NCBI GenBank assembly: GCA_951406725.2
Contig: OX597822.1
Location: 102,920,001 to 102,984,000, forward strand
DNA from: Octopus vulgaris
Taxonomy: Eukaryota
DNA length: 64,000 bases
Direction of reading: 5' to 3'
Under the pieces are notes generated by a model that saw only the letters and a list, made by a program, of their open reading frames with translations, did no database searches and was not told the origin of the DNA. How positions within the stretch are numbered: the stretch's first letter is position 1; each line of letters opens with the position of its first letter. Of the stretch, positions 40,901 through 50,379 are shown one piece after another. A program made the translations under genes and the position numbers.

Positions 40901-42741
40901 TCATCATCATCATCATTTAACGTCCGCTTTCCATGCTAGCATGGGTTGGACGGTTCAACTGGGGTCTGGGAAGCCCGAAGGCTGCACCAGGCCAGTCAGA
41001 TCTGGCAGTGTTTCTACAGCTGGATGCCCTTCCTAACGCCAACCACTCCGTGAGTGTAGTGGGTGCTTTTTATACATGCCCACAGCACGGAGGCCAGTCG
41101 ATGCGGTACTGGCTACGGCCACGTTCGGATGGTTTTCCTATGTGCCACCGGCACTGGTACCACAAAGATACAAATTCCATTGATGTTCATCGATTTTGAT
41201 TTTCACTTGCCTCAACAGGTCTTCACAAGTGTCCCAAGAAGGAAGGTATGCACAGGTGGACTGACTAAGTCCCAGGTAGGGGCCATGGGTTATGGCCTCA
41301 CGTGTCCTGCCGGGTCTTCTATATTGCAAAGAAATCACAGTGTAACATTCACTAAAGAAAGACGTGAAGAATGAGTTTACAGAAATCATGGCTACAATAG
41401 TAGAGGAACCTATGAAGAGTCTGGGGAGACTATTGTGGCTTTCTTAATGATAGAGGTGTGGGAATCAACTCCAGAATATGGCTGACACAGGTTGTAACGA
41501 GTGAATGGAAATGTAACATTTATATTCAATCCAACTAAATGTGCTTTAACCATGCAAAAATTTACCATAACCTTGTCAAAACAAAATTCTTTCGTAGAAT
41601 CCAGAGTAATCAATGTATTGAATTCTCTTTCTTGTTTTCCATTTCAGTGAAGAGCATCCGGGAGATGCACACTTTCTTTGCTGAAAGTCTGTACTACTCC
41701 ATGAAAGGTGCTGGCACCAACGATGCCACTTTGATCCGCATCGTTGTCTCTCGTTCAGAGGTGAGTAAACGATTTGTTGAATTCCGTTTCTTTTATTCTT
41801 TTACTCGTTTCAGTCATTTGATTGTGGCCATGCCGGAGCACTGCCTTTAGTCAAGCTAATCAACCCCAGGACTTACTCTTTGTAAGCCTGGTACTTATTC
41901 TATCGGTCTCCTTTGCCGAACTGCTAAGTTATGGTGACATAAACATACCAATATCGATTGTCAAGCGATGGTCGTGGGACAAACATATACATATATATAA
42001 AATGGGTTTCTTTCTTTTTCTGTCTACCAAATCCACTCACGAGGCTTTGGTCAGCTTGAGGTTATAGTAGAAGACACTTGCCCAAGGTGCTATACAGTGG
42101 GTCTGAACCCGGAACCATGTGGTTGGTAAGCAAGCTTCTTACCACACAGCCATACTGTTTTTTTTTTTTTTTTTTCCTGATTTAGCTTTTTAAAAATTGT
42201 CATATCTGAAGACCAAAGCTGTGTGAGTGGATTTAGTTGGCAGAAAACTGAACGAAGCCTGTATGTGTTTGTGTGGGTTTTTTTTTTTTTGTGTGTGTGT
42301 GTGTGTGTGTATCTTTGTGTCTGTGGTTGTCCTTCCACCATTGCTTGACAACCAATGTTGGTGTGTTTACACCACCATAACTTAGCAGTTCGGCAAAAGA
42401 GACATATAGAATAAGTCCTGGGGTCTATTTCTTTGACTAAAGAACCCTTTAAGGCAGTGCTCCAGCATGGCTGCAGTCAAATGACTGAAACAAGTAAAAG
42501 CAATATGTGCTGTTAATGTACCTTAATATATTTGTCGTTAAGATACCTTAGTATATGTGTCTGTAATTTTCTTTATTAGAACTTATTTAATTTTTTTATC
42601 TCTTTATTTCAGGTTGACATGGTCCAGATTAAGGAAAAGTTCAATGAAGTTTTAGGGAAAACTTTAGGCAGCTTCATCAAAGGTGACTGCAGTGGTGACT
42701 ACAAGAAAGTCCTCTTGTCTCTTATTGGTGACCCAAAGTAA
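9414..42741 (+). CDS. Annexin (four-repeat Ca2+/phospholipid-binding protein; invertebrate annexin, A7/A13/A4-like), spliced: join(9414-9489,26386-26480,29548-29661,31203-31293,34002-34150,38640-38817,41648-41760,42613-42741); start codon lies upstream
   Basis: Hand-spliced translation is one open frame of 945 nt: ATVVPAPDFNAETAAEGLRKAMKGFGTDEAAII...KSEIGGHFEDVIMALM...AMKGLGTDEDALIEIL...SETSGHLKRIL...AGEGKFGTDESAFNKVL...RETSGDLQKAYL...SMKGAGTNDATLIRIVVSRSEVDM...IKGDCSGDYKKVLLSLIGDPK*. It has four GxGT(D/N) motifs, each with its downstream acidic cap residue. All introns are GT-AG with matching phases. Subtype cannot be assigned without phylogeny. Confidence 0.96.
11660..11739. repeat. Perfect 80-bp palindrome with no spacer
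   Basis: 11660-11699 is the exact reverse complement of 11700-11739. Confidence 0.95.
12658..13830 (+). mobile_element. Gypsy-like LTR retrotransposon relic (LTR start and gag-like region)
   Basis: Starts TGTTG; broken frames read MENLLASFLELQKQQQQ..ITEFKCEPDEGVTF..RLILRKL..WKCLN..INRECEKFKL..FKCL; homologous to the minus-strand copy. Confidence 0.75.
15034..15429 (-). mobile_element. Non-autonomous Helitron (internal type 2); degraded sibling at 47913-48268(-)
   Basis: A|TC...CTAG|T termini and the same subterminal hairpin. Confidence 0.85.
15451..16305 (-). mobile_element. Decayed mariner-like element with long imperfect TIRs
   Basis: Ends are inverted homologues (gggaggtgatgctacccttcctgtgcatg vs catgtgcaggaagggtggtgttacctccc); terminal gaggtgaattaaaaaagtatc resembles mariner TIRs. 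Confidence 0.6.
18640..19207 (+). mobile_element. Retroelement-like 3' end with (AAT)n tail; tandem copies at 27690-28300
   Basis: gggccccacctgcaaggtcatg...cagtgtcactttgatggcatgc..ctctctcactc(aat)n is shared among three copies. Confidence 0.6.
21160..21728 (+). mobile_element. RTE LINE 3' fragment nested in a family B SINE; similar ends at 7247-7397(+), 11818-12113(+), 12218-12480(-), 17770-17995(-), 23653-23846(-), 26795-27170(-), 28545-28863(+), 31450-31851(+), 32257-32988(+), 40888-41325(-), 46276-46800(-), 51726-52245(-), 62108-62750(-)
   Basis: TEEMTSDRDLWKYAVREKTRQDK*, then the 3'UTR ending ...GGAAGGGCATCCAGCTGTAGAAAC...GGACGTTAAAC(GAT)n; variable 5' truncation among copies. Confidence 0.8.
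21895..24235 (-). mobile_element. Second Gypsy-like relic (LTR, gag-like, protease), interrupted by three insertions
   Basis: METCLILRKLATTEH..PLFNTCWKCLN, NRECKRFKLDTLTPDSFKCL and aspartic-protease-like LDAGSEITIIN; LTR start TGTTGTAG at 24235. Confidence 0.78.
22650..22898. repeat. Fold-back element with arms of about 115 bp; relatives at 5400-5553 and about 13920-14100
   Basis: tgttgtgtctggggagagtcatt ... aatgactctccccagacacaaca around a short loop; resembles inverted termini of Penelope-like elements (inference). Confidence 0.8.
25205..25424 (+). mobile_element. CR1-type LINE 3' end inserted in a family B SINE
   Basis: RRGAFSVRVAVPWNKLP...FKVSLD, then a short UTR and (TAAC)n tail. Confidence 0.75.
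25920..26293 (+). mobile_element. Non-autonomous Helitron (internal type 2)
   Basis: A|TCTCTCTATATATAAA ... CCCGACCAACGCCGGGCGATACTGCTAG|T. Confidence 0.87.
26386..26480 (+). CDS. Annexin exon: (G)TDEAAIIKIMTSHTNQQRIEIERVFKAMFGK
   Basis: tag acceptor after a pyrimidine tract; gtagga donor; 95 nt; completes GFGTDE. Confidence 0.95.
29548..29661 (+). CDS. Annexin exon: DLRKEIKSEIGGHFEDVIMALMDPPRVYDAKELKRAMK
   Basis: tag acceptor; gtaagt donor; 114 nt. Confidence 0.95.
29840..30146 (+). mobile_element. tRNA-derived SINE family C with TSD; near-identical copy at 40450-40750(-), relatives at 16395-16640(-) and 60947-61170(+)
   Basis: A box TGGCCTAGTGG, B box GGTTCGAATCTC, A-rich tail, flanking direct repeat aatgact(a/t)ctgtggag. 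Confidence 0.85.
30644..30862 (+). mobile_element. SINE family A monomer with 18-bp TSD
   Basis: gaaaacatattccaacta at 30626-30643 and 30863-30880. Confidence 0.9.
31203..31293 (+). CDS. Annexin exon: GLGTDEDALIEILLTRNNDEIAEIKQHFKK(L)
   Basis: cag acceptor; gtaagt donor; 91 nt; repeat II GxGT motif. Confidence 0.95.
33534..33968 (+). mobile_element. GGATC-TIR MITE copy 1 (right end eroded)
   Basis: TIR GGATCTTTTCGGTTTGAAC(A/G)GCAG; internal ttagggttag repeats; homologous to 35566-35982. Confidence 0.85.
34002..34150 (+). CDS. Annexin exon: (L)FGDQLEDAIISETSGHLKRILVSQTTCARSTDMNVDAALATKDAQELYD
   Basis: cag acceptor; gtaagt donor; 149 nt; lies inside ORF 33929..34192. Confidence 0.95.
34923..35227 (-). 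mobile_element. RTE-clade LINE 3' fragment (second family)
   Basis: RRVQFAGHCCRAENE...LLLW.P...RGR..SYPDVI.RD...AMMDREVW, followed by a short tgatgat tail. Confidence 0.8.
35566..35982 (+). mobile_element. GGATC-TIR MITE copy 2, 8-bp TSD (Merlin-like)
   Basis: TSD tggtagag/tggttgag; TIRs of about 28 bp. GG termini with an 8-bp TSD fit Merlin; hAT is not excluded. Confidence 0.85.
36815..37120 (+). repeat. 28-bp tandem array, about 11 copies (caagcatgaccttcgaacgttgggtggt)
   Basis: Unit starts at 36815, 36843, 36871 ... 37095; units differ by only 1-2 substitutions. Confidence 0.95.
36815..37661 (+). mobile_element. 5'-truncated RTE-clade LINE (ORF2 C-terminus, repeat-bearing 3'UTR, (GAT)n tail)
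   Basis: 5' part reads VKHDLRTLGLTEAMT..LWRYAV, an RTE ORF2-like end; the 3'UTR is shared with about 18 window copies; TSD-like atgtgttca on both sides. Confidence 0.8.
38027..38435 (-). mobile_element. GGATC-TIR MITE copy 3, inverted, 8-bp TSD
   Basis: Perfect TSD cacaacta at 38019-38026 and 38436-38443. Confidence 0.88.
38640..38817 (+). CDS. Annexin exon: AGEGKFGTDESAFNKVLSMRSRPQLIATFAAYEKIADRDIMDSIQRETSGDLQKAYLTI(V)
   Basis: aag acceptor; gtaaga donor; 178 nt; repeat III. Confidence 0.95.
39060..41580 (+). mobile_element. Decayed Hero/NeSL-like non-LTR reverse transcriptase, split by the solo LTR, a SINE and an RTE end
   Basis: Fragments FRPISF, VQKAGV..GC, LDLSNVFGSVSH, WQ..EV.I.AGCTISV, AFTDDV and EEPMKSLGR occur in the expected order. 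Confidence 0.72.
39226..39716 (+). mobile_element. Solo LTR, 491 bp
   Basis: TGTA...TACA ends; 4-bp TSD aatg at 39222-39225 and 39717-39720; internal AATAAA near 39582. Confidence 0.82.
41648..41760 (+). CDS. Annexin exon: (V)KSIREMHTFFAESLYYSMKGAGTNDATLIRIVVSRSE
   Basis: cag acceptor; gtgagt donor; 113 nt; repeat IV. Confidence 0.95.
42613..42741 (+). CDS. Annexin last coding exon: VDMVQIKEKFNEVLGKTLGSFIKGDCSGDYKKVLLSLIGDPK*
   Basis: cag acceptor; canonical annexin C-terminus; TAA at 42739-42741. Confidence 0.95.
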   Translation, partial: VDMVQIKEKFNEVLGKTLGSFIKGDCSGDYKKVLLSLIGDPK

Positions 42742-43055
42742 AATAAATTCACCCTTTTATACCTACGTCTACATAACTCTATCAAAATGTAGATGGTTTC
42801 ATATAACCACTGATAGTCAATATCTCTTTCCTAACAGCTGTTTCAAATTTCCAATTATCACTGCTGACATACTGAAATATTCTCTCTCTCTCTCTCTCTC
42901 TCTCTTGTTATATTTCCATCTCATTATCATTATTAAGTAACTTTACTTTAAAATTTCCTATTTTTTGAAGATACTATTGCATTTACTGAATATTAATTGA
43001 ACCATTATTACAAATTTATAGAAATATTTCAATAAATCATTCATTTAGCTTATTG
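42742..43055 (+). promoter_or_regulatory. Annexin 3'UTR with candidate poly(A) signals (AATAAA at 42742-42747 and 43031-43036)
   Basis: The distal AATAAA is followed by a GT/T-rich tract (ttattgtttattgttgtttc), and repeat sequence resumes just after it. Confidence 0.6.
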
Positions 43056-43402
43056 TTTATTGTTGTTTCTTCATTTGATCATGTTACATGTTTTCCATGC
43101 TGGCATGGGTTGAGCAAACACTTATTATTATGGATTATTTTACAGATAGATGCTCTTCCTGTCATTAACCATTATCTGTTTTTAATTAAGGGATTTCCTA
43201 TTCCATTTGCCTTTCAAAAATCCAGAATTGCTGGGACTGTTAACATAATGTTCCCATTTTGCTTAAACAGGTTTCATACGAAACACACACAGGCACACAC
43301 ACTATACATACAATTACACATATATTTGTTCAATTTTATGTCAGTTTTTCCATGCTAACATGGGTTAGATGATTGTTTCCAAGGCATTGATTTACAGCCA
43401 CA

Positions 43403-43859
43403 CTAGCAGCATAGCCCGGCGTTGCCCGGGTATGAAAGAGCCCCTAGTAGGCAACGACTAATCCCAATCTAGTCCTTTCCCTCTAGGGAACGAAGGCACA
43501 TGTGTAGGTTGCAATATCTTCTCTTCACTCGAATACTTCTGTGTATACGATGTTCCTAGCTGTCCCTTTGGGCGAAAACATGAAAACATCATTGCGCCTC
43601 CCAACGCGTGAACAGCCCACGTACAGCCCAGAAAATGTGTTGCATATAAAAAGCTTAGATTCTCGACCCCATGTCGAATTTATCGATTTTTTCAGAACTG
43701 GGGGAACTTTTCAAAATTTTCGCTGCGTTAGTTTTGAATTATGACATTGGGCTATGTGTGTGTCAAGTTTCATCAGAATCGGTTGAAAGCCGTGGTCAGG
43801 GTGAGGGTACAACCTGACAGACACACAGACAGACAAACTGCCATTTATATAGAGAGAGA
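43403..43859 (-). mobile_element. Non-autonomous Helitron (internal type 3), inserted in an old RTE-like repeat
   Basis: A|TC...CCCGGGCAACGCCGGGC...CTAG|T; the flanks rejoin to tttacagccacatatccttcttgatgctaacc. Confidence 0.82.
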
Positions 43860-44073
43860 TATCCTTCTTGATGCTAACCCTTACCTGTTTTTCAAGTTGT
43901 GGACCTCTTATTTCACACAGCTGAAAGTACAGAGCAAGCAAATGATTTATTGGCAAGGAAAGTGCCAACAAGCAACAGTACACAAGCATTGCAACAACTC
44001 TTGTACAAGTGAACACAGATGGAAGCAAATGCATGCACGCGCATGCACATACACACATACACACATTAATATA

Positions 44074-44310
44074 CAGGGTTGGCCAAAAGTCACCTGACAG
44101 TAAATCAAAACCATTTAATTCCAAGATTTATTTATGTTTAACAACTGAATGAATTTAATAAATAAAAGCATCTAAATATGAAACATCATGAAGATTGTTC
44201 AAACTGAAGTCCTTCTTGAGTGACATATTTTTCTATTCGAGTCAATACAGAATTACAGAGAGTATTTATGGAATTTTGATTTACTGTACGGTGACTTTTG
44301 GCCAACCCTG
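44074..44310. mobile_element. Tc1/mariner MITE
   Basis: TA|CAGGGTTGGCCAAAAGTCAC ... GTGACTTTTGGCCAACCCTG|TA; perfect 20-bp TIR. Confidence 0.92.
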
Positions 44311-44414
44311 TATACATACACATACAGGTACTGGACAAAAATAATAGAAACACTTTGTTGAATGGAAGTTTTATCTAATAGGGAGTTGGTCTATATTTGA
44401 CATCAATTATAGCT

Positions 44415-44684
44415 TTAATGTATTGAACAGTTGTAGTGTTGGCGAATCTCAGGAAGCATGGAAGTTTTGAAGGATGCAGTGCTCCAACAACTAATAAATG
44501 ATGCCGGCAGTTTGTTCCATGCTTCAGCAACTCTTAGCATGAAAAAATGCTTCTGAAAGTCATGGGAGCTGTGCTGTTTTCTGACTTTGTAAACATGTCC
44601 ACGGGTGTTAGACGGGTGGAGTTTGAAAAGGTGCTCAGAGTTATTGTTTGTAAGATGGTTAATAATTTTATGGGTGTCTGCCAA
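44415..44684 (-). mobile_element. CR1/L2-type LINE ORF2 C-terminal fragment
   Basis: NTRGHVYKV...HFFMLRVAEAWNKLP matches the TRGH..FF..RV...WN.LP motif. Confidence 0.8.
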
Positions 44685-44899
44685 TTCTGTGGAATAGCTG
44701 CCCGTATCATCACAGATCCACTTTCATGCTTCATGGTAGAGGCTAAACAGTCTAGATTGCAGGTTTCTTTAGATTGTCTTCACACATAAATTTGCCATAA
44801 AGTGGGGAAAAATAATGAATGAGGATACATCATCACTAGTGACATAGTTCCATTGAGACATTGACCACTTCTGGTAGTCTAGACACTGTTTGTTTTCAA

Positions 44900-45271
44900 C
44901 TAGCACTATGACCTGGCAATGCCAGGTCATAGTGCTAGTGCATGCATATACAGCTGAGTGCGTGCGCACATACACGCGAGTACTGTCCAAATCTCCGACC
45001 AATCACATACAGCTAGCTGGCATTCAATTGGCGTATCAAGTTTCAGGCATTTTGATTTGGTTTTGGATAGAAAATTCACAAAAAGGTCACTTCTATTGAT
45101 TTTTTAATGGCTTTGTTGGGTGACTGGGGAAATGTAAAGATGTGCACGACCACCTTTGGACGGTTTTGAATGACCATAGAAAGTGCGAGCCCTCTAACTG
45201 AAAAATTGTGGATTTGTATAAAGGACACACACACACAGACATTTTGCTGTTTATATATATAGAGAGAGAGA
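44900..45271 (-). mobile_element. Non-autonomous Helitron (internal type 4) inside the Tc1 relic
   Basis: A|TC...CTAG|T; the 3' end is a perfect 20-bp-arm hairpin at 44899-44939. Confidence 0.75.
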
Positions 45272-45965
45272 TTATCAATGTTGATGGGGTATAAAAGAAG
45301 TTTAGCAGTTGCAACCCACCCATGATATTCAGCTTTATGGAGCTCACAACAAACAGCTTTAGCTGACATGAAGTTGTCAAGGTTCTGGTATATCTCTGCT
45401 GTTTCTTTTGCTGTCATAGTTTGATGGTTTTATCATTCTGTGGTCTCTCTGTGAGCTTTTCCAGTATTAAGCTCGCTAGAGCTAGTTTTACCTTGGTTTT
45501 GAAATACCAACATGATTTTAGAGACTGTACCTCTCAAAACATTAAACAGTTCAGCAATTTTAATGACTGAAGCTCCAACCATCCATGCTCCAACAATTTT
45601 TCCTCTCTGGAAATCAGATAGGTCATGCATTTTAACTTAACTAAATATAAATATTTGCAAACCAAGAAAGCAAGGCTATATCATGAAATATAAAGTATAT
45701 ACAATGTATATGAATACATATGTACAAACTTGTACAGTTTTCAATTTCTTATATTGTCAACAGAATAATAGTTAAATAATAAGTGGTGTTTCCATTATTT
45801 GTCCAACCACTATATTCATATGAGTATAGATGTGTGTGAGTATGTGTGTATATATATATATATATAGTTCAGCAAAATTTAGATTCAGATGAATATGGTA
45901 CTTATGTTAAAGGCACCAGAATTTTGTATGGTATTATCCATATAAATCAAATGGGGTGATTATAA

Positions 45966-46173
45966 TCAAAATAAGCAACAAGGATATCCAAGGTAGTGTA
46001 GTACAATCATTTCATGCTACTTCATTTTATTAAACACTGTAAGTATTACATCAGTTTTACATCAGGTTACTCGACATTTTAAAACTGATGTAATACTTAC
46101 AGTGTTTAATAAAATAAAGTAGCATGAAACGATTGTACTACACTACCTTGGATATCCTTGTTGCCTATTTTGA
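45966..46173. repeat. Long inverted repeat (arms of about 94 bp, 20-nt loop)
   Basis: tcaaaataagcaacaaggatatccaaggtagtg... is mirrored by ...cactaccttggatatccttgttgcctattttga. Confidence 0.9.
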
Positions 46174-46240
46174 ATATATATATATATATATATAACGGGA
46201 CAGCGATGTGTAGCAACATCTGATAGCCTGGTTGGTCACA

Positions 46241-46277
<37 letters not shown>

Positions 46278-46976
46278 TCATCATCATTTAGCGTCCATTT
46301 TCCATGCTAGCATGGGTTGGACGGTTCAACTGGGGTCTGTGAAGCCATAAGGCTGCATCAGGCCCAGTCTGATCTGGCAGTGTTTCTATGGCTGGATGCC
46401 CTTCCTAACGCCAACCACTCCGCGAGTGTAGTGGGTGCTTTTTACGTGCCACCGCACAGGTGCCAGACGGAGCTGGCAAACGGCCACGAACGGATGGTGC
46501 TTTTACGTGCCACCAGCACGAGGGCCAGGCGAGGCTGGCAACGGACACGAACGGATGGTGCTTTTACGTGCCACCGGCACGGAGGCCAGTCGGGGTGGCG
46601 CTGGGAACGGCCACGAACGGATGGTGCTTTTTACATGTCATTGGTACGGAGGCCAGTCGGGGCAGCGCTGGCAACAGCCACAATCGGGTGGTTCGCTTAC
46701 TTATCACCGGCACTGGTATCACAGCCGCAATTTCCATTGATGTTGATCGACTTCGATTTTGGTTCTGCTTTCTGATATCTGATTTGATTTTGATTTTGAT
46801 TTTATATATATATATATATATAAGAGAAGGTATTCTCTTTATAGAATACACTTTGTAGTGTTCAAGAGATTTGAACTTGCACATGTAGAGGAGTAAATGT
46901 AAGGACAAGCAAGTTAGGAAAGTTGATTTACACAGAATATTAAATACATTTGATACAAAAAATGTACATATGTATA

Positions 46977-47499
46977 CCGTAAATCCTCAAGTATAATCCG
47001 CATTTTTTTCCCAAAATTTAAAGGTCAAAATCCCTAGTGTGTACTATATACGAGGTTAAAAAGGAAAAAATATTTTCTTAGCAATGTCCAAGTCTCTATT
47101 TGCTGTCCGGCAATGTTTATTCAGACACATTTTGTGATGTCGGGAGCGAAAATACCTTAAGCTAAGCCTGAAAGCAATGAAGTCATAAAAGAATCATCTA
47201 TAACTTGCAGTAAGCAACATTTATTAAAATAAAAGTATTCAGAACACAAAATAACATGTAACAAAAACAATTTGCAAACATATTTACATTCCCATATAAC
47301 AGTTAAGAACATCACCATTATTGTATTATGCATGCGCTGAAGTGTTAGTTCAACTAGGTGCTGCTGGCTTAATTACATGCGACTCATGTTAGAGAAGGGG
47401 TGCGTATTATACACATGGTTTAGGTTTTTCAGAGGTACAGCCCTCTGAAAATCCCCTGCGTATTATACTCAAGATTAGACTATACTCAAGGATTTACAG
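46977..47499. mobile_element. pogo/Tigger-like TA-TSD MITE; shorter relative at about 28001-28162
   Basis: TA|CCGTAAATCCTCAAGTATA ... TATACTCAAGGATTTACAG|TA. Confidence 0.8.
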
Positions 47500-48862
47500 T
47501 ACATATAAAATAGTCTGACTTACACAGAATATGATAGCAAGAGTTAAATGGATTGGGTTTTAGGAGCTGTTTCTGGGGTCTTGGTGGTCCAGAATAATGA
47601 TAATTACCTGGTTCCATTATCGGATAACACTGCCGCTATCTTCAGGGGAGAATTTTACATTTGAGGTGTTGACAGGATGGAGTTTAAAGATGGGATGATT
47701 TTGTGGAGAACTAAGTGTAATAGGAAGGGGAGTTGGAAGTATTTAGGTAGAGAGTAGTGGGAGGATAAAATAGATTTTAGGGTTAGCGTTAATAGTCTGT
47801 GTAAATCGGACTGTTTTATATGCATACATTCATACATTTTTTGTATTAGTTGTATTTAATATTCAGTGTAAAACGACTTGCCTAACTTGCTTGTCATTAG
47901 TATATATATGTACTAACAGTATCACCCAGCGTTGCTTGGGTTTGTTTCGACTCTTTAGAATTGGAATTTTTGAAAAGTAAATACTTTGCATTATGTAGCT
48001 TGTTATTCTCTTTAAGTGAACATTTTTCTGGTTAAAATACAACGAAAAATGGCGACACAGCAGTCAAAAAATCGTAAAAAATAGAGATTTTCATAGAAAA
48101 AAAGCATATTTTTGATGTAAATAATTTTTGGTGTTAACATGGTCCGATTTGAATTTTTTATCATACTCTCAATTTTGGTCAACTTGCGCCGCAGGGTCTC
48201 GGAGGAGATAGTGTTAGTTGAAGGCTACCAAACCTGCCACACACAGACAACTTCAGCTTTATATATGTATCTCTTATTATAAAAGGCAGATTTTATCTGC
48301 CTCCCTTTGGGAGTTATACAAATCTACAATATAGGATTTCTTCAATTACAATTTACCTAGCATTTTTCAAAATACAACGCATCGCGTCATGCCAGGTCCA
48401 GTTTTTAAAATTTAAACTCCAATTAAGCAAAATTTACAGAAAACTCACATTCTGGTGTGTGTGTCAAATGCTTTTCTTAGTCTGGTTTACAGCACACGCA
48501 AACGCACACACACAGTGGGCAACGAATAAAGTGAAACTAGATGTAATATTTGTTTCTCTCTATCATGCTGATAGATACATGAGTAAAATGTATGGGAAGC
48601 TAACAGATAACAGTGAGTGAAAATGTTCTTGGAAGAGAGTAAATTACCGACAGTATGAAACAGTGTTTATAATAATAATAATAATAATAATAATTGTGTA
48701 CAGTGCTCAGGTGCACTACAACTCATCTAAAGTGTATATATAATCAGGTGTAGTTTCGACGGATTTCGGGAAGCATGAGGGCCTTAAAGGATGCAGTGTC
48801 ATGGCAGTCAACAACTGATGCAGGCAGTTTATTCCACGTATAAACAGACGACACTTATATAA

Positions 48863-49189
48863 ACCCTTTCGTTACCAAACCGCCCGAATTTACCTATTCA
48901 TATTTAAATGAGAATATCAGAGTAAATTTCTTTAGTACATTCGTGAAAACACGTATTATACTTCGTAAACACTTCAAATACAGTTTTGTACAAAAATCGA
49001 AGTGTAATTTTAATTCCGTGAATTATGGGACATTTTTTTCCGAAATTTGTTCCTATTGTGTTTTCAAAATTTTTAATTCTGACAAAAAATGGATACGAAT
49101 TTCATTATATCAAGCAGCGAGTCAGAATTCGAAGGATTTTCTACTGAAGACCTTCATAAATCTAACTCTATGACTGAAAAAAAAAAGCA
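48863..49189 (+). mobile_element. piggyBac-like 5' end with acidic transposase N-terminus
   Basis: Starts CCCTTTCGTTACC, the same TIR as the piggyBac MITE; short ORF MDTNFIISSSESEFEGFSTED. Confidence 0.5.
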
Positions 49190-49586
49190 TCTTTATATAA
49201 GAGTGACGTTGTGTGTCTGTCCCCTTCGATTTAGATTCGTAACTACTCCCACATTTTGCCATGCAGTTTAACCAAAAGCAGGTATCTTATAGTCGTGATT
49301 CATATCGAGCCCTTCTGGGTATTAGCGCGCGTCTACGATGAGTCTACGATTTAAAAAAAAATTACCATCATATTTTTCCATTTTAATGCATTTTTTTCGC
49401 TTTTATATAAGGGAAGTAACTCTCTAAAAATATCTACGATGTGTCAACGTGTTTTAAAAAAAAATTTACCTTAATTTTTTTTCAATTTTTAATGCATTTT
49501 TTTGCTATTTTTTGGCTATAACTCTCTAAAAATGCTTATATAGTTATTTCCCTTACAACCCGAGCAACGCCGGGCGATACTGCTAG
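49190..49586 (+). mobile_element. Non-autonomous Helitron (internal type 1)
   Basis: A|TCTTTATATAAG ... CCCGAGCAACGCCGGGCGATACTGCTAG|T. Confidence 0.87.
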
Positions 49587-49699
49587 TAAATATATAAAGT
49601 AAACATCTAATGGTGTTGGAGAGAATAAAGATGTAGCTGAGAAAAAGTTAACTGATCTGGAGGACTGGAAGCCATCTGAATACTGGAAAAGAGAGGTAC

Positions 49700-50260
49700 C
49701 AGGTATTTGAATACCAACATAATGACTGCTCTTCAATGTTCTGTGAACACTGTGAAGACTGTAAGATGTGACACGGACATCATGGAAACCAAGTTCCCCA
49801 AGAATGTGATGGTCTTTGAGTGTCTTCAGTGAGGGTGATGTCATGCTATCTCACAACCGAGCCTTAGGCTCAATTCAGACAACTCTGTGAAACTGCTGAA
49901 GACTGTGGTCAAACCCTGGCTTTAGATGGTTTCTGCTGGAAAGCAAGATGTTTTACATTAGGATTCGGCTCCTTGCTATATCTCAGGAAAGTGTCAGAAG
50001 TGGTTTTGGGAGAATTTCTGACTTCACTAACCGCAATTTCTGGCCCCCTAATTTCCCCAATTGTAATCCCATAGATTACTATGTGTGGGGCAGCATTGAG
50101 AAAGACACCAACCGCTCTGCCTGCAACACCAAGCCTGACCAGGTTGCCAAGATCAAATAGCTGCTTATTGATCTTCTGAGGAACACAATAAGGAATGCAT
50201 GTGCCAAGTTCCAGCCTTATCCTGAGGCTATGGTTAATACAGCTGTCATTCAGGGATATG
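49700..50260 (+). mobile_element. Tc1/mariner (DD37D-like) transposase relic
   Basis: FWPPNFPNCNPIDYYVWG corresponds to the WPP.SPDLNP.DY.VW motif; frame disrupted. Boundaries approximate. Confidence 0.75.
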
Positions 50261-50379
50261 AATGCGATGCTGCAAAGCATTATGAGGACCATATTTTCCT
50301 AAGTCTGGTATAATATTTTCAGGTCACTCTATCTTTATTCACAGTGCCTTCATATGATACATTTTCGTCTCTGCCTAAG

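Larger units (their letters stand above)
44325..45812 (-). mobile_element. Decayed Tc1 transposon with nested Helitron and CR1/L2 fragment
   Basis: TIR-like ends (ggacaaaaataatagaaacac / gtgtttccattatttgtcc). Transposase remnants LSDFQRGKIVG..KIAELFNV..TVSKI (HTH), WNYVTSDDVSSF (first catalytic D region) and KHESGSVMI (cf. KHGGGSVMVW). Confidence 0.85.
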
